64,000 nucleotides of DNA from NCBI GenBank assembly GCA_021613535.1, contig CP075497.1, forward strand, positions 6,138,001 through 6,202,000, read 5' to 3'. Position 1 is the stretch's first letter. Each line of letters starts with the position of its first letter. This document shows positions 1 through 19,101 of this stretch, one piece after another. The notes beneath the pieces were generated by a model, which searched no databases, was not told the DNA's origin, and saw nothing but the letters and a program-made list of their open reading frames with translations. The translations under genes and the position numbers were made by a program. The DNA comes from Adineta vaga. Taxonomy: Eukaryota; Animalia; Rotifera.

Positions 1-2295
1 CAAACAATTCACTTGACAATTTACCACCAAAAATTCGTGAATATGTTCAAGAAAAAATCAATCTATGTCAACCAAGTAATTTTCATGTATGTGATGGAGG
101 TGAAGAAGAAAATCAACAATTACTTGATGGTATGGAAGAAGCTGGTGTTATTCGTCGTCTTAAAAAATATAAAAATTGGTAAGATCGATGATACATTGAA
201 GTTCAACATGAAAATCTTCTTTTCTATTTTAGTTATATTGCTACAACTGATCCACGTGATGTTGCTCGTGTTGAATCACGTACAATTATTTGTACAAAAA
301 ATATGAATGATGTTGTATCTACACCACGTTCTGGCTTTCCTGTTGTAACAGATCCAAATTTACCAAAGAATCTTAAACAAACACCATTAGGAAACTGGAT
401 GGATTCGGATGAAATGTTGGAAATTATGGAACAACGCTTTGATGGTTGTATGCGTGGTCGTACACTTTTTGTTATTCCATATATGATGGGTCCTTATTCA
501 AGTCCATATTCAAAAGTAGCCATTGAAATAACGGATTCACCATACGTTGTTGTTTCAATGCGTATTATGACACGTATGGGTACACAAGTCTTCAAAGAAT
601 TGAAAGAATCTGATGGTTCAACTATTGTGAAATGTCTTCATTCGGTTGGTGTACCATTACCAACTGATAAACCAATATGTGCAACTTGGCCAAGTAATCC
701 CGAACGAACATTGATTACACATTTTCCAGAAAGAAATGAAATTATTAGTTACGGAAGTGGATATGGTGGAAATTCGTTATGTGGAAAGAAATGTTTAGCT
801 TTACGTATTGGTAGTACCTTAGCGAAACGAGAAGGATGGTTAGCTGAACATATGCTTGTAAGTATTTGTTAAAATTCACGAAATATAACTAAACAATCTT
901 CTTTGTAGATTATGAGTGTAACCAATCCAGAAGGTGTGAAAAAATATTTTGTTGCTGCTTTTCCAAGGTAAAAATTTACATAAGACATGAATTTGAAATT
1001 TTTATATTGATTGTTTAGTGCTTGTGGTAAAACAAATTTAGCTATGCTTCGTCCTAATGGTATTCCTGGTTATAAAGTTGAATGTGTTGGTAAGTAAATA
1101 TACTCGTGCGAAAAAAACGAATGAAAATAATACATTGAAAATCATTTATTAGGTGATGATATTGCTTGGATGCATTTTGATGATGAAGGTCGTCTACGAG
1201 CCATTAATCCTGAATATGGATTTTTTGGTGTTGCACCAGGTACAAGTAAATCAACAAATCCAATTGCATTAGGTAACGACAAAAAAGTCACGAAGAGTCG
1301 ATTTTTTTTAATAATAACGATGATATTGTAGATATGGTACATGAAAATACGATTTTCACAAATGTTGCTGAAACAAGTGATGGTGATGTTTATTGGGAAG
1401 GAATCGGCGAAGAAATTGATGGACTTCATGAAACATTAATTCGTTCATGGAAAAATAAACGATGGTCTGTTGATTTAGGTGAACCTGCTGCTCATCCCAA
1501 TAGTCGGTAAGAAATTTTTGAAAATTCATTGGAATAAAACAAACAAAAAGCGTTTCTCTATTCGAATGTTCAGTTTCTGTACAACAATAAAACAATGTTC
1601 AATTCTCGATCCCGAATGGAATAATCCTCAAGGTGTACCTATCGAAGCGATTATCTTTGGTGGACGAAGACCAGCTGGCGTACCACTAGTCTACGAATCA
1701 TTTAATTGGCAACATGGAGTTTTTGTTGGAGCATCAATGAGATCAGAAGCAACAGCTGCAGCTGAATTCAAAGGTAAGAAAATAACTAGTTTCATCCTTT
1801 TATATTCTCAATTTCGATCATTTAGGAAAACAAATCATGCATGATCCATTTGCTATGAGACCATTTTTTGGTTATAATTTTGGACAATATCTTTCTCATT
1901 GGTTGTCCTTTGGAAAGAAAGAAGGCGTTCATCTACCAAAAATTTATCATGTCAATTGGTTTCTTAAAGATTCTAAAACAAATGAATTTTTATGGCCTGG
2001 CTTTGGTGAAAATATTCGCGTTATTGATTGGATCTTTCGTCGTTTATCAAATGATTCCTCTCAAAAAGCAGCAGCTCGGGAAACACCTATTGGTCTTCTA
2101 CCTGATCAAACTACTCCCAATGGTATTCGTGGTGGTGAAGTCAATCCAGCACTATTCGATATTTCAACGGATTTCTGGCGTGAAGAATGTAAATCTATAA
2201 GAAATTATTTTCAAGAAAATGTCAACGAAAATTTACCCGAAGAAATTACTTTGGAATTAAATGCACTTGAAAAACGTTTATCACAACAAATATGA
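1..2295 (+). CDS. PCK: Phosphoenolpyruvate carboxykinase (GTP), multi-exon, 5' end outside window
   Basis: Spliced translation has [95 protein letters not shown] and [10 protein letters not shown]; GT-AG introns (e.g. 179-232); stop 2293-2295. Confidence 0.97.
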
Positions 2296-2547
2296 GAATA
2301 TTTCTAATCCTTAGGAACAGCTGGTTAACTTTTTTTTTCTATGAATGCATCGTCTTATCTAGCTTTCTTGTTCTTTGTGTGGTTTCAATTAATATTTATA
2401 TATATATATCTGTGTATTTTTACTGTAGAATTAAAACATAAGACAATAAATGGTTTTTTTTTATTTATGATATACAAATATTTTATATACATCTAATCTA
2501 CGTATAGGATGGATAAAATTGTATATTAATTCGTCAAAGAATGAATA

Positions 2548-3709
2548 CTATGCATCACTTTCGAGTGCTGCTGATGACGGAGATGGACTATTATCATTAT
2601 TTAAAGATTGAGTTGAATTTGTTTTAATTGGAGATATTTTTTGTTGCATAATTGTAGTAACATCTTGATTGACACCATTTATTGGAACAATAAGATTATC
2701 TTTAGGAATAAGAGCATAACGTAAAGCAAAGACAGTAAAACGACGACAGAGATGGGTACGATCTTCAAATTCATCGTAAAGTGTACGATGATGATAGTAT
2801 GCATGAGAAAATATACGATAAATGCGACGGCATACACTGCCTAATTTGGCTATGGAAGTATCTTTGATAGAGATTCTGTAGATAAAAGAAAGGTCATTTT
2901 AGTATTTTAAATTTTAAACTTCTCTAATAAAACAGACTCAATTTCTAAGAATAATTAAAAAATTCTATATTATAACTCATCATTTACAATATATTATTCA
3001 GTACTTTCTCTCTGCCAAACTTCTAAGGATTATCTTACTATTCTAATATTCATAAAATGTATGATATCAACTCATCTTCTCTAAAACTGGTATTTACCGG
3101 CTTGGAAAATATTTACTACTATTTAATAAAGAAGCGGCACCGTCCAATGTATGTCTGGTATAATCAATAGCTGCACACTAAAATGAACGTATATATATAT
3201 ATATATATGTTTCAAAGATGAATATGTCAAATAGAAACTAACTTCTTTGGGATTTTTATGTGCTGCACATAAGAATATCCATTGTTCAGTGGCTGTCATT
3301 TGTGAACAGCTAGTTGGTAAACATTCTTTCTATATGTCGGAAAACAAAAGAAAGAAGACATTTCAATTTATAGCAAACTATTTATATTACCTGTAAAAAA
3401 ACAGTTAAATCATTGAGTTCAAGACAAAACTGTCGTAAATGTTCATATTTCCAAATACCTTCATCTTGCTGATCAGGTACTTGAAGAATAGTATCAATAT
3501 CTGACGGATCACGTCGAATAATTTGTTGAATATACTATATGATGAAAATGAAAACCATTATAGAAGACAATTCATATTGTGATTATTCTTACTTGTTGAA
3601 TATGATAAAGTGAATCCATAGTATCGATTGTTTCATCTGGCCAACGACACCAATCTTTTGCTTTTGTTCCTGGTCGATTTCGACGTGTTGTTTTTTGTGA
3701 ATTAGTCAT
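2548..3709 (-). CDS. MOB4: MOB kinase activator family member 4 (phocein)
   Basis: Absent from the ORF track. Manual minus-strand splicing gives [76 protein letters not shown] and [20 protein letters not shown]. Confidence 0.95.
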
Positions 3710-3840
3710 ATCTACAATATTAAATGTTTACTTTTAAGAGATTAATTAAATAAGATTCGAAATTGCAATTGCAAGACGATGAAAACATTTTTTTAAAAAA
3801 AGATATGAGACTAGATATATCTTCAGAAAAAAGGTTTGTT

Positions 3841-5643
3841 TCAATCAAAAATAATTTCATTTGATACCAATAATTGAAGAATATCCATCAGATCTTGTTG
3901 ATTATAATAGGCAATAAATGGTACACATGCATAATCTTTTGGATTGAAATGATTTGGTTTAACATTATTATAAATAATCTGAAATTGTGTTAAATTGAGA
4001 TTATTGAGAGATTTATTTTGTTCATAATAATTTAATATTTGACGTAGATCAAGTATTTGACCATTGACTGATTGAATAATAGCATGAGCTGCACATAAAT
4101 CCCAATTATAAGCAGCCGATTTTGTAACTAAATATACATTTGCTTGTTTTAATGCAATGGATAATAGTTTATTACCTAAAATAGAATAATTCTCCTTTGG
4201 TCAAATAGAATAGAAGCCATTACGATGGACTTTAATCTTAAAAACTAAACGCTATATGATATAGTTAGAGGTAGACAAACCAAGTATAAATGGATTGTCA
4301 ACTAATCACTACATAGATTGTATAAGGTAACGGTGTAGAGTACGCTAGTCACCAATGATAAGAAACGAAAAAAGAAGACAACATTCATGCATTACTGTCG
4401 CAAGAATACGGAGAGAATGATTTCGACAAAGAAAAATTCATCAGAGACTGACTAAGATTATCTCTATTCAATTATTTAAATACATTTTCATACCACAAGC
4501 AGCGACTTCTAATTTGATCCAATTTTCAAACATATTATCAAATGTATTTGCATTAACACTTCCATGCAATAAGACTTGTTTATCCTTCATCGGATTTCCT
4601 TTATAAACATCATCTAAATTATTAAATTTTCCATCAGGTAATGCTGTGCCCCAATAAATTAAACTTTTCCATCTAAGGCAAACATTAAATTATTATCATA
4701 CATTTTTCTCTCCTTCTCTAACTTACGTATGTTCATCTACTCTTTCATGAAATGCACGATTAATTACTCCAAGAACAGCATTACCATTTCGTACATCAAA
4801 ACAACCAATGAGTACTAAAGCTGTTGGAAGACCATCGACTATAATACCTGACCGGAATCAATCAGTCCATCTGTACCATTGATATATTGTTGTGTACCAT
4901 CTACTGGATCAATCCATATACCAATTTGAGATAAATTAATGGAAACGTTCTCTGGAATTTTTTGAAAAGATTGTTGACATTGTTCGGAAAGTGTTATCTT
5001 AGAAGACGATGAAACGATGCCAGCTAATGTTTGAATTGATTGACTAGATTTATCATTGAATAATTTCGCTACATAACAAAAAAAGAAAATAATTGATAAT
5101 GAAAATTATATGATAGATTTACTTACTAAGAAGAACAAGAATATCATCATCAGTACCAGTAACATCAATTGGAATCTTCTCAGCACTTGATTGTAGTTTC
5201 AATGATCCATCTTCTTCACCATAGATTCGATTATCTAATGCTGGATACTAGAGCAAATTCAATCGAATTCGATAATGCAAATATTAATGATAAAGTATCT
5301 TACAAGATTACATAAATCTCGTTTTATAACTTCTTGAATGATGACATCACTGAAATAGAAAGCGAACACAATAAAGATGATTGTAGAAATGAGTTATATC
5401 GAAGAATTTAGTTTACGCTAGAGTTTTATAATCAGCATCGAGATGTTGATGATTTTCATCGACTAAAATAAAATGTAGTTTCACAATTGAAAAGAAATAC
5501 AATTCAACATTCTTACGTTGTTTTTCTTCGATAATACTATTAAAATCTGAATGCATAAAACGTATATAACGAGCAATACATGCTGCTTTTTCCGAACAAA
5601 TAGCTACTTGATTTAAAAAGTCACGTAATAATATTTGTGACAT
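3841..5643 (-). CDS. INPP1: Inositol polyphosphate 1-phosphatase (apparent frameshift near 4852)
   Basis: Spliced exons give SEKAACIAR, DYKTLADVIIQEVIK, IYGEE, IWIDPVDGTQQYI, VLIGCFD...GVINRAF, ACGYKLL and WDLCAAHAII; stop 3841-3843. Confidence 0.88.
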
Positions 5644-5981
5644 GATCTAAAATGAGTATAAACATAGATATCTTTCTCATAAAATAATGTATTTATATTT
5701 GACTAAAGAACGAATAAATGATACAGAAGTAAAAAGCTCTCTATCATATGGTAAAACTTAAGTTAATTTTTTATCATAAAATATTTGACAGAGAGTGAGA
5801 GAGAGAAAAAGACGAAATGGAATGTTGATTACAAATCAATTTTTTTACTAATGGTAAAAGTGCAATAATGAATGATGCATGCATTCGAAGGCTGTACGTC
5901 AGTACTATGCGCAGTAGAAATTGCTAAGAACTAGTTTTTTTTATTACTGCTAATGAGGAAAAAAAAATTATCAGAGTTCTA

Positions 5982-6054
5982 TGCCCGAGGACAGAATTGA
6001 ACTGTCGACCCCTGGTTTACTAGACCAGTGCTCTAGCCACTGAGCCACACGGGC
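5982..6054 (-). tRNA. tRNA-Thr(AGT)
   Basis: Reverse complement GCCCGTG-TGGCTCAGTGGCTAGAGC-A-CTGGT-CTAGTAA-ACCAG-GGGTC-GACAG-TTCAATT-CTGTC-CTCGGGC-A folds as a cloverleaf with A/B boxes; a downstream T9 run (5959-5967) can act as the Pol III terminator. Confidence 0.95.
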
Positions 6055-6397
6055 GCACTTCTATTTACTTAGGTTCATTTATTCCATATGGTGAAATAAA
6101 TATCACATGTTTAAAACACTAAATATTTTCAATGTCATTGCATCATAGTTGATTATGTGATGTTATAGAAGTTTTCGACTAAACTAAACTGTGTATCGAT
6201 CGTTTTTCATATGATGCTGATGCTGATATGAATGAATTTTGTGTATAATAAAAAAGCAAAAAGGAAAAGTTATTATTGAGATTATTCTATTTTTCTCTAT
6301 ATTCAAAAACCAACATACAAACAAATAAATAAATGAAATGAAAAATATTTCTTTTCAGAATGAACAGAAAACAACATAAATGTACATAAAGACATGT

Positions 6398-6975
6398 TTA
6401 AAGATCCACACGTGATCCTAATGGTATCGTACGAAGTTCATGTTTTTTGGAAAAATGTTCCGAGAGGATTGTCATGATGACAATTGAGAAAAATTGTGCA
6501 ACATACCAAGAAAAGACATTCGGATGTTGATAATTATATATCCAACATGCAATAAAATGATAAAAATGAATTGTTATAGAAAAATCTAAACATTGCTTAT
6601 ATCGACCAACGAGATAAACAATCGCTAAACCACTACAAACAAATCAAAAGATTAAAAACATTCATCTCTACGGTCTCAGTATTCTTATCTTTACCTTGTT
6701 AGAGCATTGAGAAGAAACACACTAACAAATAAGCGTCCATTCCAATTCGATAATTGCAATTTCTAAACAAATTTATTAAAATGAATTGAGAACAAACAAT
6801 GTGTACAGTAATTTACTTCATAAGAAAATAGATAATCAAGTGTAAGGACTTGGTTATTAATGGATGTAATGAAGAAAATCCAAAGTCCCAAACCTAAGTA
6901 ATACAATGTTTGAACAGCGATAATCTGACTAATAAGTAACCATGGATCCCATTTTTGACTACGAAATCCACTCAT
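6398..6975 (-). CDS. SYS1: SYS1 Golgi trafficking membrane protein
   Basis: MSGFRSQKWDPWLLISQIIAVQTLYY, VGRYKQCLDFSITIHFYH and C-terminal ELRTIPLGSRVDL; three exons. Confidence 0.9.
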
Positions 6976-7137
6976 GATAGAACTCAAGAATATTAGATCA
7001 TATCTATAAAAACAAACGAAAATTTTCATCTTCTTGTTATTTAAGATCTTCTATTAAGTTTTTTTTATTTCTTTTAATGAAATATTAAACTGTTTTCTTG
7101 TTCTAAAATCGATAAACAATAAACAAAAACAGTTCAT

Positions 7138-7934
7138 TTATTTCTTTTTGCCACGTCGGTGATGACCACCACCAGATTTCTTCGGTTTACCACCTAAAAC
7201 AAAAACAAATAAATACATATATTTATGCAGGAATTCCACAAGATTCTCTTACCAGGCATAATAACACCATCGTATGTTTGTTGAAACCATTTTACTGCTT
7301 CATCTTTGCTGATCTTATGTGAATGACCCATACGTCCTTTTTTGTGTTTACGTTTACCAATGTCAAAACCAGCTCGTCCAAGTACAACATAAAAATCCAT
7401 ACCATAGATACCAATGGATGGATCGTATTTGATACCTAGAATTGAAATATTCTTTTTATTCATATACTATTCAATAATTGAAATGATAATCTTACCTAAA
7501 TCGATGTGTTCTTGAATACCGAATCCAAAGTTACCCATTGCGCTGAAATTGCCTTTGTGTAATTCGTATTCTTTAACTTTCAAACCTTTTTCTAAGATTT
7601 CTTTCGCTTTTTCACCACGAACAGTACAGAAAACGCCGATTTTTTCATTACGACGAATACCGAATGATCGTACAGTATAACGAGCTTTTGAAAAAACTGG
7701 AGTTTGACCAGTTAATTGTTCGAGCACTTTGGATGCACGTGTCAAACGATCACCAGATTCACCAACGCAAATATTTAAACATAATTTACGGATACGTAAA
7801 TCACGCATAACATTTTTGGATTTATCTTTTTTGACTACGCGGCCAGTTGTTGCTGCTGTTTTTGTGCCAGCTTTTGTTGGACTTTTCGTGGCTGATTCGG
7901 GTTTGGTGGTTGTATTTGCTTTTCGTCCGGTCAT
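7138..7934 (-). CDS. RPL11: 60S ribosomal protein L11 (uL5)
   Basis: [85 protein letters not shown]; three coding exons, the last encoding [17 protein letters not shown]. Confidence 0.98.
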
Positions 7935-9243
7935 GATTATTTCAATCCAACGAAAACAAGATGTTTTTAATCTAGAAAAAGAGAAAAGTTAAAACAAGAG
8001 CGAAGATGAATGATATAAAAGAATGTGAAACTTCTCTGAATGAAAAATCACTTTCGAACTTATAACGAGAGTTTTAAAAAACTCAAAATGAGAAATTTTT
8101 TTAACTTAAACTTATTTCACCAGAGATCATTGAATGATATTTAAGTCTACAAACAATATTCTGAACGTTTGATTGTTGAATAAATTTTACTCACGATACT
8201 ACTACCTAAATAACTGACAATAGAAAGCAATTGATGAATTGAAAAAACGAATAATAATGAAAAAGTAAATAAATAAATAATATGGATAGGTATCGATAAA
8301 TTGAATAAAATGAAATTCATCCATTGGCAACTTGTTTTGCCTTATTTTCGACATTCAAATTAGAAAAGAATTTATCTAAACAAATAGTTAAAACTAAATT
8401 ATTTTCTGAAATAATTACTTTTAATTAAATTTCTTTTGAAAACTGAATCGATTTATTTTCGATAACATTCATATAGATGTCGCTCTATGTCAATATTGTT
8501 CATTGATTGAAAGCTTCAGAAGTTCTAGATTGATATAATTAGACCATTTGAAATTGGATTACATATATATCTTGCGAATATTTTAAACAACTTGAATTGA
8601 AATCAAATATTTCTATGAGTAGTAAAACAGTCATTTCAGTTCTCAAAAGAATTCTCTTAATTAATAGTGTCACATCGATCTCCTGATCACAAATAGAGAC
8701 TTAATAATATATTTCAATTTTACAATCAATCATGGCATTCCTTGGAATTCAATATTTTATTCTAGACGTATTCAGTAAGAATCAGATAAGCTTAATTTAT
8801 TTTATAGTACAATAACATATATATATATATATATATGTCACCAGTTTTATGTATTTTTTTGAAATTGTTAATAACACCTAAATTGTTATTTCACAAAAAT
8901 GAGAATTAAATACAATATTTTTTGATTGCTGTCGTATGCTAACAGACCGATCATATTTTGGATGAAAGAAAAGGTAATTTAATATTTAAATCTCATCGAA
9001 AAACGAATATTTTTGTCGAAGGAAAAATTACTTCTATGAAATCTAATATTTGCAAAGACCGATTGTTTTAAAACGAAATAAAATAGATTAGTCTGCATAT
9101 GTGAGCAGAAGAGTATCAAATTGAGAAAGTTTCAGCTGATTTATCAAGTCCACCAATGAAAAGACAAATACTAATAATTGATATTGTCTTTATAAAGGAT
9201 ATTTTTTTATAGAATATCATTTATTTTCTCATACAACATAGCG

Positions 9244-10351
9244 ATGTTGATCATAGGTATTACGATTCTGCTTGCTGCTTTTACAGCTACAGCTAATGTA
9301 ATAACATTAGACAATATTGAGAACGGTAAGATCTGTAGTGCATGGCAATATCTTTCTGACACAGAAGTTGATATTGAAACATCTAAATGTTCAAGCAGTG
9401 TCGATTATGAACTGAAGATATATAATAACGTGTATATCCTGCGTTTTTGTTGCACATATAGTGGTGAAAAGAATCCATCTATTGGACCTGCAGTAGCAGG
9501 ATGTGGTCGTCAAGCCATTGCTCCATTACGATCACGAATTGTTGGTGGACAAGAAGCAGTTCCACATTCTTGGCCTTGGCTTGTTTCTCTTCAATATCGT
9601 GGCAATCATTTCTGCGGTGGAACTTTAATTGTAAAGTATATCAGAGAAACAACATTAGATTTTGTATCTGATTATATTTAGGATGAATATCATGTTTTAA
9701 CTGCTGCTCATTGTCTCCAAGACCAGTCATGGTTTAATTCAGATTTAACTGTTGTAGCTGGTCTTCATACACGAAGTAAAACAAGTGAAGGAGGTGTACA
9801 ACGTAAACAAGTGTCCAAAATTACTAACCACAATGACTACGACGATGTTACAAATCAAAATGATATTGCTATTATACGTTTAGCTTCACCTGTTACACTC
9901 AATAGTCATGTCAATCTAGCTTGTCTTTCAGGAAAACAACCTGCTGTGAATGATAATGTGATGATTGGTATGTAGTTCGAAGATTGTTTGTTTGTTGTAA
10001 AATGAAATTAAACATTTTTCAGCTGGTTGGGGTACAACAACATATGAAGGTACATCACCAGATTCTCTTCGTCAAGCTAGTATTGTTGTTATGGATGTAT
10101 GTAAACATGTCTATTCATACTATAATACTAATAAACAATTGTGTGCTGGTAATTATCAATATACAAAAGATTCTTGTCAAGGTGATTCAGGAGGTCCACT
10201 CATGGCGGAAATCGATGGTCAATGGGTTGTTAGTGGTGTTGTTAGCTTTGGTGATGAATGTGCTAAAGTAAATAAACCAGGTGTTTATGCTCGTGTTAGT
10301 TCATACCTTTCATGGATTCAAAGTACAATTACGAGACTATCGGGAAAATAA
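9244..10351 (+). CDS. Secreted trypsin-like S1A serine protease
   Basis: Signal peptide; activation site CG...R|IVGG; triad motifs LTAAHC, NDIAII and GDSGGP; Asp in the S1 pocket (KDSCQGD); introns at about 9631-9681 and 9968-10022. Confidence 0.95.
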
Positions 10352-10521
10352 AATATCTTGCTTTGAATAAAATAAAAGAACTTTTTTTCATGTAAACGAT
10401 TACATGTTCCCAAGAGCAAAAGAAACGCTTTTTCTTAATATATTTAAACGAATATGAAAACAAGGAAATTACATAAAAGGATTAAATATTGAAAATTGTC
10501 AATTATTATAATTTTGTTTGA

Positions 10522-11029
10522 TTAATCAAATAATCTGCAAAATTCATCGAATGAAATTCTTCCATCTCCACTTGTATCTAAGGATTTAATCATTGCTTCA
10601 ACATCACTTCGACTTAAATTTCGACCCATACGTGAGAGAATATCATTTAATTCTTTTGTTGAAATGTACCCATTTCCATCTTCATCAAACTTTTTAAACG
10701 CAGCCGTCAATTCTTGTTTCGAATATTTTTTAAAAAATGAAGCAGCCATGACTTTTTTAAATTCACTGAAATCGATTTCGCCACTATTATCCGCATCCAT
10801 TTGACTCATTATTTGAGATAATTCCTTTTCGCTCGCTTTTATATTTAGTGCATGTAGGACTTTTTTTAATTCATTTTTTGAAATTTTTCCTGAATGATCT
10901 AAATATGTCGGAAAAAATGGCAGTTTTTTTTTTCTTTAAATTTTTCATTACTATTCATTACATACCACTATCGAAAAGCTCGAATGCATCATGTAATTCC
11001 CGTTCTTGACTTGGTGTAAGTTTAGCCAT
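10522..11029 (-). CDS. Calmodulin-like four-EF-hand protein
   Basis: MAKLTPSQERELHDAFELFDS|DHSGKISKNE, DADNSGEIDFSE, DEDGNGYISTKE and DTSGDGRISFDE; too diverged to be canonical calmodulin. Confidence 0.92.
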
Positions 11030-11929
11030 TCTTTGATATCTAAAATGAGATTTTTCTTCAAATAACTTTGCTAAAGAATTTCTTTTTTTTTTCTTCATTC
11101 TTTTTTTTTCTTGTTTATGTCTCTTGTTGACCTTCTCGGTCGTTACTATCGACGAGAAAAAAAACGGAAAAATGAGTGCTTACCGTTAACAAGAGACTAG
11201 AAGAACTGAAGAAATTTATGTAATCGTAACCAATGTAATTCTTTCAAACCTGCACTTTTTTCATTACAAAAAAAAAATTATAAGTCTCTTTTGATGCTAT
11301 CGACAAATTTTTATTTATAAGCGTTCCTCTTAATAGAAAGAAAGAAAGTCTGTATGGGTTTTATCTAAAGAATCAAATATCTATCAATAAGATTATCAAC
11401 ATGAAATGATTTATGTTTATGTAAAACAAAACATAACGATAACTGCATATGAATCAGAATACGAATAGTTCAACTCTCTTAAATTGTTTTTTTTTGTTAT
11501 AGATTAAGAACATCAGATTTCTATTTTGTTGATTGATTGAATTTGAAATTCTAATGAATACTTGAATTGACGTAATATCTATAAAATACTGGTATTTTAA
11601 TTTATTTTATTGATTTGATAGTGACGTATATGGTCTGTTTTATGCAAAACATATCATCGATAATATGTCTCGCCTACGAATGATTACTAATGATACTGAA
11701 TTGTTCAATCGATCGAAGATATATATCATCTTCTTCGTCGTTATTTTTTTTTGTTCAGTTTTTAATAGGACATACTAAATTAGAATGTTACTATTTTGTT
11801 TTGTTATGTTCAATTATTGTTCATTAAAAACTGATAACATTGTCGATATCGAACAGATCAAATATTATATAAGAATGAGATATGATTTCCTAGTTATACT
11901 TTATTAAATAATAAACAAATTTTCACCGA

Positions 11930-12313
11930 CTACAAATCATTCTTTGCTATTGTTTTTACTTTATTATGTGCTTGAGTAATACTTCGTTGTAATTCTAAAT
12001 GCTCAAGTTTTCGTTTTGCATTATGTTCTCGAAATAAATCCATGACTGTAGGAGGTTGTATACCTAGAACAAAGAAAAAAGAAGAAGAAGAAGAAGAAGT
12101 TTATGAATCTATTCGATTTTATCCGATTGAATCACCTTGTTTAGATTTTTCTTTTTCATATAAAACATTATATGTAATTACAATCGAAAGAAATAATACC
12201 GATGCCATTGCAATGGCAATTCGTTCTGGTGTTTTATCTGGTTCAGCTAGAAATGCACGTCGAACTTTACGATGTAGATTAGCACTAAATTGTTTGAAAA
12301 ATCGGAACACCAT
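11930..12313 (-). CDS. Small single-pass membrane protein, PET117-like (cytochrome c oxidase assembly), two exons
   Basis: GT-AG intron 12064-12135 with a long pyrimidine tract joins MVFRFFKQF...ASVLFLSIVITYNVLYEKEKSKQG to IQPPTVMDLFREHNAKRKLEHLELQRSITQAH...DL* in frame (~103 aa). The PET117 assignment is from remembered motif spacing. Confidence 0.6.
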
Positions 12314-13021
12314 ATCTGAAACAATGAGTAGACTTTCATTGGATATCTGTCTTTGTTTTCTATTTATCATTTCATAATCATAAAAAAATGAAGAATTTGT
12401 AATTATTCTGTATTATTTCTTTTGTTTTTTTCACACACGCATTATGGATTTTAATGTTGTATATGAACAAAAAAATGCCTTATCTAACGCGTCAAAGAGA
12501 AAATCAAGTATGAAGAAGGAAACGACTATAAACAAACCAACAAACACACACAAACAGTCCTAGAGAGAGAGAAAGATTTTTGTTTTTTTGAATCATAACG
12601 AAAAAAAAGAAAGAAAAACCAAAATAGGACGCTTTTCATCATCATTTTTTCATAGATATATATACATGTTATTATGAATAAAGAATAAATGTTTTGTCGA
12701 CGGAGTAGAATGGATTGTTTTCTTTTTGAAGCACAAAAAAATGAAGGAAAAAATAAAAAAACGAAGAGAAAGAAAAAACAAGTAGAGAAGAACTCCGTGA
12801 ATAATTATTTCATATAGACAAATATAAATAAATAGAATTAGACCAAAAGACAAATGAGAAAAGAAAAGAGAAACAACACATAAAGAGATAGAGAAAGAGA
12901 TTTTATTCGGACAAGCTCGAATTTGTAATATATATGTATATATATATAAAATTGTGGGAAAATGCCATTGAAACTTTGTTTTTCAATTGGGATTGATCAA
13001 AAGAGACGAAAGACATGACGA

Positions 13022-19101
<6,080 letters not shown>

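Noticed and set aside
13-2200. Alternative-frame and antisense ORFs over PEPCK, and similarly over RPL11, TTBK, PKG and the opsins
   Set aside because: Shadows of real exons or intron read-through; no independent coding signal.
12042-12377. Plus-strand 111-aa ORF with poly-Glu
   Set aside because: Antisense to the spliced PET117-like gene; the poly-Glu is that intron's pyrimidine tract.
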